Below are positions 14,040-25,155 of a stretch of DNA of 64,000 bases, piece after piece. Each line of letters begins with the position of its first letter. The first letter of the stretch is position 1. The position numbers and the translations under genes were made by a program. The stretch is from Octopus sinensis (lineage: Eukaryota): assembly GCF_006345805.1 (NCBI RefSeq), contig NC_042999.1:55676001-55740000 (forward strand). The letters run 5' to 3'. The notes beneath the pieces were generated by a model. The model was given only the letters and a program-made list of their open reading frames with translations. It was not told the DNA's origin and made no database searches.

Positions 14040-14370
14040 TCGCACTAAATTTGACATCAATTGTTCAATGAATTCTGGAGTATCTCTTCCGGATGGCCAC
14101 GGCTTCGTAGTCTTATAGCCTTTTCAGTGTTCACAGAGCGGTGAATAGCAGTTGTGATGTCGGCATTTTCATACTCGGCGTGAATCTAACTCGTTTCCAG
14201 TATTCAAATGTCTTCCAGTCCTCCATGTCAGCTAACATTTTCGCAACCACAACTTAAATTTTTATGCTCTCCAACGCCGTTGTATCTTCACCAAAACACG
14301 AAACTCTCCCCAAAAAAGACAAAAAAAAATCGCCATTTTCGAACAGATACTCTTAACGGGCGTGTAAAGT
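14040..14370 (-). mobile_element. Degenerate Tc1/mariner-like N-terminal fragment
   Basis: Frameshifted translation 'FEYWKRV..IHAEYENADITTAIHRSVNTEKAIR..DYEAVAIRK..TPEFIEQL' resembles maT/DD37D HTH regions (from memory). Confidence 0.4.
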
Positions 14371-15498
14371 ATATAAATTATCTCCCTTGGACGGTTTTTG
14401 ATACTGTATTATATAAATGTGGTTATCTCCCCTACATTACTCGCCTTTCCCAGCTTCATGAGCGCCAACTACGTCTTTGTGCGATCGTTGAACAGCCAGA
14501 AATGTCAGCCAAACCATTGTTTCATCATCATCATTTAATGTCCGCTTTCCATGCTAGCATGGATTGGACGGTTTGACTGAGGTCTGGCGAACCAGACTCC
14601 AATCTGATCTGGCAGAGTTTCTACAGCTGGATGCCCTTCCTAACGCCAACCACTCCGAGGGTGTAGTGGGTGCTTTTACGTGCCACCGGCACGAGGGCCA
14701 GTTTGGTGGTACTGACAACGGCCACGCCCAAATGGTGCTTTTTATGTGCCACCTGCACAGGAGCCAGTCCAGCAGCACTGGCGACGACCTCACTCGAATG
14801 TTTCACGTGCCACCAGCACAAGTGCTAGTAAGGCGGTGCAGTAACGATCACGCTCGAATGGTGTGTTTAACATGCCATCGGCACAAAGGCCAGCTTGTTA
14901 CTCTGGCAACGATCTCACTCGTATCCTTTATATTATTTGTCATTGGACTGTGGCCCTGCTGAAGTACAGCCCTGAAGGGTTTTATCAGACAAATGAACCT
15001 CAAGTATCTAGTCTATCAATCTTTCTGCTGAACCGATAAGTTACGGAAACATAACCAAACTAACGCAGATTGTCAAGCGGTGGCAGAATGAATATTAAAA
15101 CACATGATGATGATGATGATGTGCACAAGCACACACACACTTAATTCATAGACTACAGGTGATTACAATATCTGGGACTATAAAAATCTGCAGGACTTTC
15201 TTAAGATTTAGCGAATGATGAACAAAACAAGATGCTTTCCTTCACAGCCTTGCTACCAAGTAGATGGTCAGTCAAAATTTATTCTAAATTAAAAAGAGGT
15301 AGAGCACATTCATACATATAATTGACTTCTCTTGCCCCTGTCATTTCACTGTCCTCCCTCCAACTTCTCTCTGATACTACTTGCTGACTACAAATGAAAC
15401 TCACAATGACCTCTGTTCCCCATCAGTTGCAGCCAGTTTCTCAAACACAGAAAATGTAAGGCTTTATCCTATTACTTCTGCAGCACTGTGGATTATCC

Positions 15499-15519
15499 TT
15501 AGAAGCTGTAATGATTCTC
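15499..15519 (-). CDS. Speculative terminal coding exon of TELO2 (ENHYSF*) with a possible 3' UTR toward AATAAA at 15283-15278
   Basis: Phase-0 AG acceptor (ttgtgattcaattag|GAG) in a repeat-free stretch, an in-frame TAA, and a minus-strand AATAAA ~215 nt further on. No homology support. Confidence 0.2.
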   Translation of the reverse strand, partial: ENHYSF

Positions 15520-15862
15520 CTAATTGAATCACAACACAAACTTCACAATCCAAAATCCAAAATATTAAAAATGCCACCGAATCAAACAGAATACAGAAAA
15601 TATATTAAATTTATTATTTAAAATGAAAAAATTTACATGTATTTCCAAATATGGTCAAAATTTGTACCATATTTTTTTGTGGCTCTGAGGAGAATGCACC
15701 CCCACCAGACACTCTCAGAAGTGGGTCTTTCTCCCTCTGTCTCTCTTTCATATTTCAGTGAAATAAATACACAACTTGGTCCAGTGTAAATACCATCATT
15801 TAGAAACAGATCTAAATGACAGACTCAATCAGCTGTTTGATGATAATTCCTGAAAAGACAAC

Positions 15863-15898
<36 letters not shown>

Positions 15899-17009
15899 GA
15901 AATTGATAAAGGATAGAATTAACTTTCCAAATTCTAATCAGAAGGTAAATACAAACACACACACACACACACATATAAACTATTGCAATACAAATGTACT
16001 ACTTTCCAGTAAAATAAAGCACTGTAAAAGTAGAAGTATAAATATAAATTAGTGGTACAACAAGGCACCAGAAGCTATGTATTTATACTTCTACCTTTAC
16101 GGTACTGCAAGCAAGCAAGCAAGCATGCAGGCAGGCAGGCAAGCAAGGAAGCATGTATGTATGTGTATATATCCCGTGATCATGTGACCGACCAGACCAT
16201 CAGATGTTACACATCGCTGGTCACAATGCGTTTGCATTGTTTTAGCCTTCGAATGACGCCACCCTGCTGGCTAAGCGAGCAGGCCAACAGAAGAAAGAGT
16301 GGGAGAAAGTGTAGTGAAAGAGTACAGCAGGGATCACCACCCCCTGCCGGAGCCTCGTGGAGCTTTTTAGGTGTTTTCGCTCAATAAACACTCACAACGC
16401 CCGGTCTGGGAATCGAAACCGCGATCCTACAACCGCGAGTTTGCTGCCCTAACTACTGGGCCATTGCGCCTCCACATGTGTATATATATATGTATATAAA
16501 TTCAGTGTATGTAGCATTCTATTACTTAATAAATGGGAAAATGTATAAACAAACAACATAACATATACTGAATATAAAAACGAATTGGAGACAAAAAGGT
16601 CTGTAATTCTTCATCAGTTATCGACCAATTGGTAATATTCAGTTTCGTGCCTTTAATGATAAGACTGAGCACTTCCCAATTGGTGGTGCCCGCAAAAAAG
16701 TAGTTGTTAGCTTCTGTAACATCCTCATTTAATATTCGTTTTCAATGCTGGCATGGGTCGGTCAGTTTGACAGGAGTTGGTCAGCTGTGGAGCTGTCCAG
16801 GCTCCGACTGTCTTCTGTGGCATGGTTTCTACAGCTAGATGCCCTTCCTAATGCCAGCCACTTTGCAGAGTATGCTGGCTGCGTTTATGTGCCCCCAGCG
16901 TGGGCGTGTTTACACAGCTCTGGCACAAGTGCTTTTTATGTGGCACCTACACCAATAAAGGACAAGCCTTTATGTTTGGATAACAGCCATTTCCCACTGA
17001 CAGGAGAAG

Positions 17010-17430
17010 GGGCAAAGGCAAGTCACTGGCGCCTTAAAACCAGTTGCTTCGGGTAGTTGGGACTCGATAGCCTTGGTTGGCAGCCCAACTAGGAGAGGGA
17101 AACTCCGATTTCAAACCTCCGCTGCCTTGTGGCAAGACCCCCTCCTGGGGAAGGCTAAGGGAGTAAACCCTGACAGAAAATCCAGAGCTGGAGTCCCTAA
17201 GGCGGCCTGACACAACACATCATCACCAGCAACTCCTGCGGCACATCTGGCACCAAGCTGTACCGACCCGTCGTTCCCTTGGAGCTACCAGCTGCGTGGA
17301 GAGGGGGAGGGGGGTCAAACTGCATGGGCAGCAGCTGATCCCTCATACAAAACTGCCCAGGCCCCTTGTAGCTCATTCCGAGCTACACCATCATCTCTCG
17401 AGACGGATGGATGCCGACGACGATGGGATC
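17010..17430 (+). mobile_element. RTE-type retroelement 5'-region-like fragment
   Basis: GC-rich block (ctaggagagggaaactccgatttcaaacctccgctgccttg...gagctggagtccctaagg) resembling RTE 5' UTRs as I remember them; ends in gacgacgatg. Confidence 0.45.
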
Positions 17431-17994
17431 AGCCAGTTTACTTAGCCTAATGTATCTTCACAAGTACAACAAACTGTCACAATTCCCAGTACATAAGAAT
17501 GAAGGGACAAAAGTTTCAGGGAGTTATTTACCTTTCCTGTGGCATGTAAAAAGCACCATCCGAGCGTGGTCGTTCACCAGCCTCGTCTAGCACCTGTGCC
17601 GGTGGCACGTAAAAAGCACCCACTACACTTACGGAGTGGTTGGCGTTAGGAAGGGCATCCAGCTGCAGAAACACCGCCAGATATGACTGGCCTGGTGCAG
17701 CCATCGGGCTTCCCAGACCCCAGCTGAACCGTCCAACCCATGCTAGCATGGAAAGCGGACGTTAAACGATGATGATGATGATGATGATGATGATGAAAGG
17801 GTTTCTCTCAGAATGAAAGGCAAATAGTATAAAATATATTGAGGCTAAGATGTGGCTGTGTGGTTAAGAAACACATTTCTCAACTGTGTGCAGTTATATG
17901 TTCAGTTCCATTGAGTAGTACCATGGACAAGGGCCTTTTACTATGGACCCCCAACCAAACCTTGTGAGTTTAGAGAGCTCCTACTCCTGCTGGC

Positions 17995-18840
17995 AACAAA
18001 GGGCCTCTCTCTCAGACTGAAAGGCAGATTGTGTGATGCCTGTGTGCGACCAGCTATGCAACATGGCAGTGGAACATGGGCTGTGACAGCCGAGGACATG
18101 TATAGTCTTGAAAGAAATGAAGCCAGTATGCTTTGCTGGATGTGCAATGTCAGTGTGCATGTTCAACAGCGTGTAAGCATCTTCAGAGAAAAGTTAGGCA
18201 TAAGTGTATTCTGATGTGGGGTGCTAGAGAGATGATTGCACTGGTATGGCCATGTGATACATATGGACGAGGACAGCTGTGTAAAGAAGTGCTGATCCCT
18301 AACTGTGGAGGGAACCTGTGTTAGAGGTACACCCAGGAAGACATGGGACGAAGTGGTGAAGCATGATCTTCAAAAAATTTGAGCCTCAAGGAGACAATGA
18401 TAGGAAACTGAGACCTTTGGCGATGTGCTGTGTTTGAGTTTTTAAACCAAATGAAATCGTAATCATGGCTGATGGTGGTGTCACATAATTGGCATCCATG
18501 CTGGTGGCATGTAAAAAGCATCTTTCAAGCATTGGGCCTCACAGAAGCAAAGTGACTGAGTTCCTTTTGAGTGTTGGGTCTCATGGAGGCAATGACTGAG
18601 ACCTTTGGCAATATGTCGTGCTTGAGAAGAAGACTCATCAAGCTGAGTAAAATCACAGTCTTGGCAGATACTGGTGTCATACGAATAACACCCGTACCAG
18701 TGGCATGTAAAAGTACCCATTACATTCTTAGAGTGGTTGGTGTTAGAAAGGACATCCAACCACAGAAACCCTGTCAAATCAGACTGGAGTCTGGTGCAGC
18801 TTTCCATGGACAATGGACATTAAATGATGATGATGATGTG
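17995..18840 (+). mobile_element. RTE LINE 3' end (ORF C-terminus plus 3' UTR and (ATG)n tail)
   Basis: Degenerate 'EDMYSLERNEASMLCWMCNV...RGTPRKTWDEVVKHDL' continues directly into the abundant short repeat ending ggacattaaatgatgatg. Confidence 0.8.
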
Positions 18841-19117
18841 TGTGTATGTGTTTGAGAACAAGGATATAGGGAGGTGTGAGGTGTGTACTAGTGAAACCAT
18901 TATAAGGTGGTGAGTTGGCAGAAGTGTTAGCACAGCAGACAAAATGCTTCCAAGCATGTCATCAGTCTTTGCTTTCCAAGTTCGAATTCCACTGAAGCCA
19001 ACTTTTTTTTCTTTTTGGGGTTGATAAAAAAAAAGTACCAGTTGCGCACAGGGGTCAATGTAATTGACTTAGTCCCCTCCCAGTAATATTTCAAGCCTTG
19101 CACCTGTAGCAGAAAGG

Positions 19118-19150
<33 letters not shown>

Positions 19151-19186
19151 GTGTGTGAACGCATTGACATCTAAACAGTCCCAGAC

Positions 19187-19269
19187 CTGCTGCATGACGC
19201 TGTGGAGGATCTTCATGGTTTGTACGGCCAACTTTTGGCATTCCGTATCCGGATCTTCTCTGACAGTAT
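19187..19269 (-). CDS. TELO2: TELO2 coding exon 19 (TVREDPDTECQKLAVQTMKILHSVMQQ); 3' boundary uncertain
   Basis: Acceptor gtcatttcag|AT (phase 1); matches human DVAEKDPDEDCRTLA. The exon ends either at a CAG|gtctgg donor (19187) or reads through to a stop at 19091-19093. Confidence 0.8.
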
Positions 19270-19296
19270 CTGAAATGACCAACAAAGACAAAAGCA

Positions 19297-19302
<6 letters not shown>

Positions 19303-19368
<66 letters not shown>

Positions 19369-19372
19369 ATAA

Positions 19373-19404
<32 letters not shown>

Positions 19405-19445
19405 TAGTCGTAATGGTAGTAGTAGTAGTAGTAGTAGTAGTAATG

Positions 19446-19487
<42 letters not shown>

Positions 19488-19545
19488 ATGGTGGTGGTAG
19501 TAGTAGTAGTAGAGACGACGACAACAACAACAACAACAACAGCAA
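19303..19545. repeat. Compound (TAG/TGG)n-(CAA)n microsatellite
   Basis: Directly visible. Many other (TA)n, (CA)n, (TACA)n, (GAT)n and (AAT)n tracts occur, e.g. 2190, 2500, 3070, 4530, 5260, 26300 and 29500. Confidence 0.95.
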
Positions 19546-19775
19546 CAGCAACATCCTCCTCCTCCTCCTCTGTATCACCATCATATATACAACCTTGAAT
19601 TAGACAAGTCTATACTTTAAACTTCATGCGTCTCTCTCTCTCTCTCTCTCTCTACCTCTCTCTCTTTACCCCTCTCTTTACCTTACTCTCTACCCCCTCT
19701 CTCTTTCTCTCTTCCCCAGTTTCTATCCACCTCTTAAACACACAAACAACAAATCACAAAACAAAGCATAACGCC

Positions 19776-19809
<34 letters not shown>

Positions 19810-20035
19810 TTAACGTCGTTCTTCACATTCTGAGTTCAAATTCCGCCAAGGTCAACTTTGCCTTTCATCCTCTCGGGGTCGATAAATTAAGTACCAGTTA
19901 CGCACTGGGGTCGATGTAACCAAGTTAATCCGTTTCGTCTGTCCTTGTTTGTCCCCTCTGTGTGCAGCCCCTTGTGGACAGTAAAGTAATAGGTACTGGC
20001 AACGGCCAGTACCACCAAACCTCATTTCTCTAAAC

Positions 20036-20382
20036 CAGTGGTTCCCAAACTATTTTAGGTTGCCACCCCCCTTGACACCCATCCCACATTCCTAGCACCC
20101 TCATCCCCACCTTAACTAACCATCACAACCACAAACCTCTTTTTGAAGCAAATTCAAACTAACAGTATTTCACAAATAATACTTAACATAACGGTGGTGC
20201 CCCAGCATGGGCGCAGCCTTCGGGCTAAAACATTTTTAAGGATTTATAACGAACCCATTATTTTGTTGTTTTTACTTCAACTGCATCCCCACCCCACTTG
20301 GGCTACCCCATTATCACCCCAATTTTCTTGGAACTTTCCACCACCCCAGGGGGGAGCATACCACCCACTTTGGGAACCGCTT
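20036..20382. mobile_element. Degenerate hAT (Charlie-like) MITE
   Basis: Ends cagtggttcccaaa / tttgggaaccgctt; TSD not convincingly preserved. Confidence 0.5.
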
Positions 20383-21646
20383 TCCCTAATTTTTAGGATG
20401 ATATTTACGATAAACATTCTTTACAAACCCCACATCATCATCATCATCAACTACAGTATACCTTTCACTGTCTCACACATAAACATATCATCATCATCAA
20501 CAGCAATATTAGCCACTTGTTTACTGCATTACTAATGACAACACTCAGTGCTTGCAGACTCTGTGCAGAACAAATATCCAAAGGGACTTCATCAAACAAG
20601 CAACATTTTTTTTTTCGGAATCTTGGGGTTAGTAGCCCATGCTCTTAACCACTACGCCATATGCCCATTGTCTTTTCTTCCAATCTACAGAGAAACAGCT
20701 AAATTAGCCCTGTTTGTATATCTGCGAAATAGTTTCAATGTATGACACTGTAAAGTATATACTAGTCTATGGTATTAGATAGTGTACGCTAACATACTTA
20801 ATTATTTATAATGGATGGGTATGTGTCCTCATCTTGTTGTTACCACAACATTTCAGCTGATGTATTCTCCAGCCTTCTTCCGGTGTTCTGGTGGAATTTT
20901 CGAGCCCAGCCCTTTATTTGACCAATGGGGCAAACTGTTCTCATTCCTAAGGTATGTTGCTGATGTTATTTTTCTGTTGACGTTATTTTTCAAGTCCCTA
21001 AGGTGGCAAGCTGGCAGAATCATTAGCACGTCGGATGAAATTCGGTGAATTGGTAGAATCGTTAGCACGCTGGGCAAAATGCTTAGCAGTATTTCGTCTG
21101 CCGTTACGTTCTGAGTTCAAATTCCACCGAGGTCGACTTTACCTTTCATCCTTTCGGGGTCGATTAAATAAGTATCAGTTACGCACTGGGGTCAATGTAA
21201 TTGACTTAATCCGTGTGCCTGTCCTTGTTTGTCCTCTCTGTGTTTAGCCCCTTGTGGGTAGTAAAGAAATAGGTATTTCGTCTGTCTTCACGTTCTGAGT
21301 TCAAATTCTGCTGGGGTCAACTTTGCTTTTCATCCTTTCGGGGTTGATGAATTAAGTACTAGTTACACATTGGGATTGATGTAATCAACTGGTCCCCTCC
21401 CTGTATATTTAAGGCCTTGTGCCTATGATAGAAAGGATTATTTTTCAACTCCCTGCGTGGGATTGAACTTAGAATCTGAAGGTTAGTAGCCCGTGTGCTT
21501 ATCTCAAAAATATAGAATAGTAAGATACTCAATGCCTGATTAAATGATGATGGGTAGTCACAACTAGGCCACCTCTGATTCTCATAAATCAGGGGTCAAC
21601 ATAAGGTTAATCAAGAACAGTAACTAAATAACGTGATAAAACTGAC

Positions 21647-21762
21647 CTTGCAGCCATTGTCTGAAATCAAAACTATCTTCTTCCATCTCTTCCAATAAAA
21701 CATGGCTGGGCACTGACAAATAAACTGCTGAAACACCAAATAAAATGGCTCTTCGAACCGAA
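21647..21762 (-). CDS. TELO2: TELO2 coding exon 18 (SVRRAILFGVSAVYLSVP...FRQWLQ)
   Basis: Acceptor ccattgcag|T, donor G|gtcagt; 116 nt; phase 2 to 1; matches human YVRQGLLSAVSSVLLSLP...ARSWLA. Confidence 0.92.
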
Positions 21763-21889
21763 CTGCAATGGAATACAAAAACATTATTCAACATCTAAAT
21801 GTCTTTTAGTGTCCAGTATTTTAGGCACAAACACACATATACACACAAATACATACAGACACAAAGCATGGGTTATGGTATCACTGAAA

Positions 21890-22125
21890 AGGTGGCGAGC
21901 TGGCAGAAACGTTAGCACGCCGGGCGAAATGCGTAGCCGTATTTCGTCTGCCGTTACATTCTGAGTTCAAATTCCGCCGAGGTCAACTTTGCCTTTCATC
22001 CTTTCAGGGTCGATTAAATAAGTACCAGTTACGCACTGGGGTCGATATAATCGACTTAATCTGTTTGTCTGTCCTTGTTTGTCCTCTCCATGTTTAGCCC
22101 CTTGTGGGTAGTAAAGAAATAGGTA
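21890..22125 (+). mobile_element. SINE family c (example; ~18 copies)
   Basis: ggcgagctggcagaaacgttagc...gttcaaattccgccgaggtc(a/g)actttgcctttcatccttt. Copies at ~1356, 3220, 5828, 6983, 12943, 21003, 39960, 45922, 48945, 52445 and 57452. The central part resembles the Meta-type SINE domain as I recall it (unverified). Confidence 0.8.
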
Positions 22126-22963
22126 TCACTGAAAAGCACTGGTGCTGGTGCTACATAAACAGCATTGATGTTGGTACCATGTAAAAAGTACTGGTGATGG
22201 TGCCATGTAAAAAGCACCCAATACACTCTGTAAAGTGATTAACATTAGGAAGGGCATCCATCATCATCATCGTTGTCTTTTAACATCTGCTTTCCATTCT
22301 GGCATGGGTTGAAAGATTTGACTTAGGAGTGACAAGCCAGAAGGCTGCACCAGCCTCCAATCTGATCTGGCAAAGTTTCCACAGCTGGATGCTCTTCCTA
22401 ACACCAACCACTCTGAGAGTGTAGTGAGCACTTTTTATGTGCCACTGGCACGAGGGCCAGTCAAGCAGCACTGGCAACGACCACGCTTGAATGGTGCTTT
22501 TTAAGTGCCACCGGCATGGGACCCAGTCAGGTGGCACTGGTAATGACCATGTTTGAATGATGCTTTTTACATGCCACTGGCACAAGAGCCAGTCAGGTGG
22601 CACTGGCCATGACCACATTTGAATGGTGCTTTTTACATCCCACTGGCATGCGAGCCAGTCAGGTGGTACTGGCAATGACCATGTTTGAATGGTGCTTTTT
22701 ACAACATCCCACTGGTACGGGAGCCAGTCAGGTGGTACTGGCAACAACCACACTCAAAAGGTGATCCAGCTGTAGTAACCATGCCAACAAAGACAATGGA
22801 ATCTGGTGCACCACCTGACCTCTTGGCAAACTGTCCAACATAGAAAACAGACATTAAATAATGATGATGATGATGATATATGAGAGGAGGCTCATGTATA
22901 TGTGTGTGTGAGATGGGGGGGATGCTGGCAAATGGTTAAGTAAATATATCATGACTCATTTAC

Positions 22964-23028
22964 CTTTGTGGATGATAACGAAGAGGCCAAATGAATTCCA
23001 AAAGACAACGTCCCATCCGCTTCACAGC
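22964..23028 (-). CDS. TELO2: TELO2 coding exon 17 (AVKRMGRCLLEFIWPLRYHPQ)
   Basis: Acceptor atatttcag|, donor AG|gtaaat; 65 nt; phase 0 to 2; matches human AMGKALLEFVWALRFH. Confidence 0.92.
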
Positions 23029-23918
23029 CTGAAATATAAATGTCATTATTATTTCTCTCTACATCCTTATAACAGCAAAACCAGTCTGACCCTGTTGGGT
23101 CAGTTGAATAAACTAGCAACACTCCAAATCAGTATCTGTGCCCTTCTTTTATTGTTTTCCTTTCACACTACCTGGGAACACTTCACTTGATATTCATCCT
23201 TCATTATTAATACTGTCCTCTCCACTTACATTTTACATTGATCACTTTTTCCGAACCACCAGATTCTCTCTTCTTCTCCACCACAACATATCCCTCACTT
23301 TCCTCACACTTGCAACGCACCTAATCACCCATCATCTTTCTCACTCCCATCACTCTCCTGTCATTCTGCTGCTCTTCATCACCGATCAACTACATTCCTT
23401 ATCCACCATTCACTACATTCAGCTCTCAAGCCAATCCAAAATCTACACTTTTCACCCACCAAAAAACTGGAACTCTGTTGGTTATGATGACAAGGCTTCC
23501 AGAAGAACCTGCTTGTTAAAATTAACGTGCAAGTGGCTGAGTACCCCACAAAACACATGTACCCTTATCATAGTTCTCAGGGTGCTTCAGTGTGAAAAAG
23601 AATGTGACATGACTGGCTCCCTGAAATACAGGTACTACTCATTTTTGCCAGATGAGTGGACTGGAACAATGTGAAATAAAGTGTCTTGATCAAAGGACAC
23701 AACGCACCACTGGGAATTGAACTCCCAACATTATGATTGTGAGCTGAATACCCCTAACCACTAAGCCACACACTTTCACACTTCACCTAAAGCTGACAAC
23801 ACAGTTCTATCTTCATTACAACTTGAGGATCCACCCAAATACCCTGTCACTACTATTTGTATCTCTTGCCACCTCTGTCTGATCCCTACCCTTCTCCCTT
23901 TCCCCTACAATGTGAATA

Positions 23919-24331
23919 GGCGCAGGAGTGGCTGTGTGGTAAGTAGCTTGCTAACCAACCACATGGTTCCGGGTTCAGTCCCACTGCGTGGCATCTTGGG
24001 CAAGTGTCTTCTGCTATAGCCCCGGGCCGACCAATGCCTTGTGAGTGGATTTGGTTGACAGAAACTGAAAGAAGCGTGTTGTATATATGTATATACATAT
24101 ATATATATGTATATGTGTGTGTTTGTGTGTCTGTATTTGTCCCCCTAGCATTGCTTGACAACCGATGCTGGTGTGTTTATGTCCCCGTTACTTAGCGGTT
24201 CAGCAAAAGAGACCGATAGAATTAGTACTGGGCTTACAAAAAGAATAAGTCCCGAGGTCGAGTTGCTCAATTAAAGGCGGTGCTCTAGCATGGCCGCAGT
24301 CAAATGACTGAAACAAGTAAAAGAGTAAAAG
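23919..24331 (+). mobile_element. tRNA-derived SINE, family b (central microsatellite; ...tgactgaaacaagtaaaaga tail)
   Basis: Head ggcgcaggagtggctgtgtggtaag...ggttcagtcccact; other copies at ~35165-35478 (-), ~38498-38868 (-) and ~56570-56985 (-). Confidence 0.85.
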
Positions 24332-24392
24332 TCATTATAGCCCTTCTACAGCAAGAAACCTGTTTTGCTCAAGCCCTTCTCTCATACTTTAA

Positions 24393-24612
24393 CCCTTTAA
24401 CATTCAGATTACTCTGTCAAACATTAAGCTCATTTATTCACGGTGTTTTGAATTAATCACAAATGATCTTGTAGTTTTGGGATTTTGATCAGATTATTTT
24501 TTACTTTCAGAATGACATGGTAGGGTAGGTGTGAGAGGCTGGATCTGACTAGTTTAAAAATAAAACAAGTAGAATATTTGGGTTAGATGAGGCCAGTTTG
24601 AAAGGTAAAAGA
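24393..24612. mobile_element. piggyBac-type MITE (degenerate right end)
   Basis: TTAA|CCCTTTAACATTCAGA start; ends ...ggtaaaaga|TTAA. Confidence 0.6.
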
Positions 24613-24811
24613 TTAAGCCTTTATCTCCTAGCATAAAAGCCTTCCTTTATCATGGCGTTTGCAATCTTGCAAGCTGCTCGGCAACCTCACTAGAGTGAGA
24701 AAGAGGGATTTATCATAGGACTTACAGCACTGAACACCAGAGTGAATGTGTGTGTGTGTGTGCAGATGTGTGACTGTGTGCATCAAAAGAAAGGGAGAGA
24801 GAGAGAATTAC

Positions 24812-24911
24812 CATTGTGTTGACAGCACTGTAGACCACAGTTCCTAGAGTCATGAGAAGTCTTTCCAAAACCATGCAATCTTCTCCCAAAAGATCCAAAC
24901 AATTATCTTTC
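24812..24911 (-). CDS. TELO2: TELO2 coding exon 16 (KDNCLDLLGEDCMVLERLLMTLGTVVYSAVNTM)
   Basis: Not in the ORF track. Acceptor ctattccag|G, donor ATG|gtaatt; 100 nt; phase 2 to 0; matches human FDLLGEDQLVLGRLAHTLG...AVNT. Confidence 0.92.
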
Positions 24912-24994
24912 CTGGAATAGATTAATTAACAATAATTACTAATTATTATTTACCCTTTCTGACAATTCATCACAAATAGAACATAGGCAGAAGA

Positions 24995-25046
<52 letters not shown>

Positions 25047-25068
25047 TACATGAAAGATAGTATATATG

Positions 25069-25155
<87 letters not shown>

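Noticed and set aside
22420-22760. Regularly spaced repeats resembling a CRISPR array (also 54915-55260)
   Set aside because: The whole unit is repeated with no unique spacers, it lies in an RTE 3' UTR in a eukaryotic genome, and there are no cas genes.
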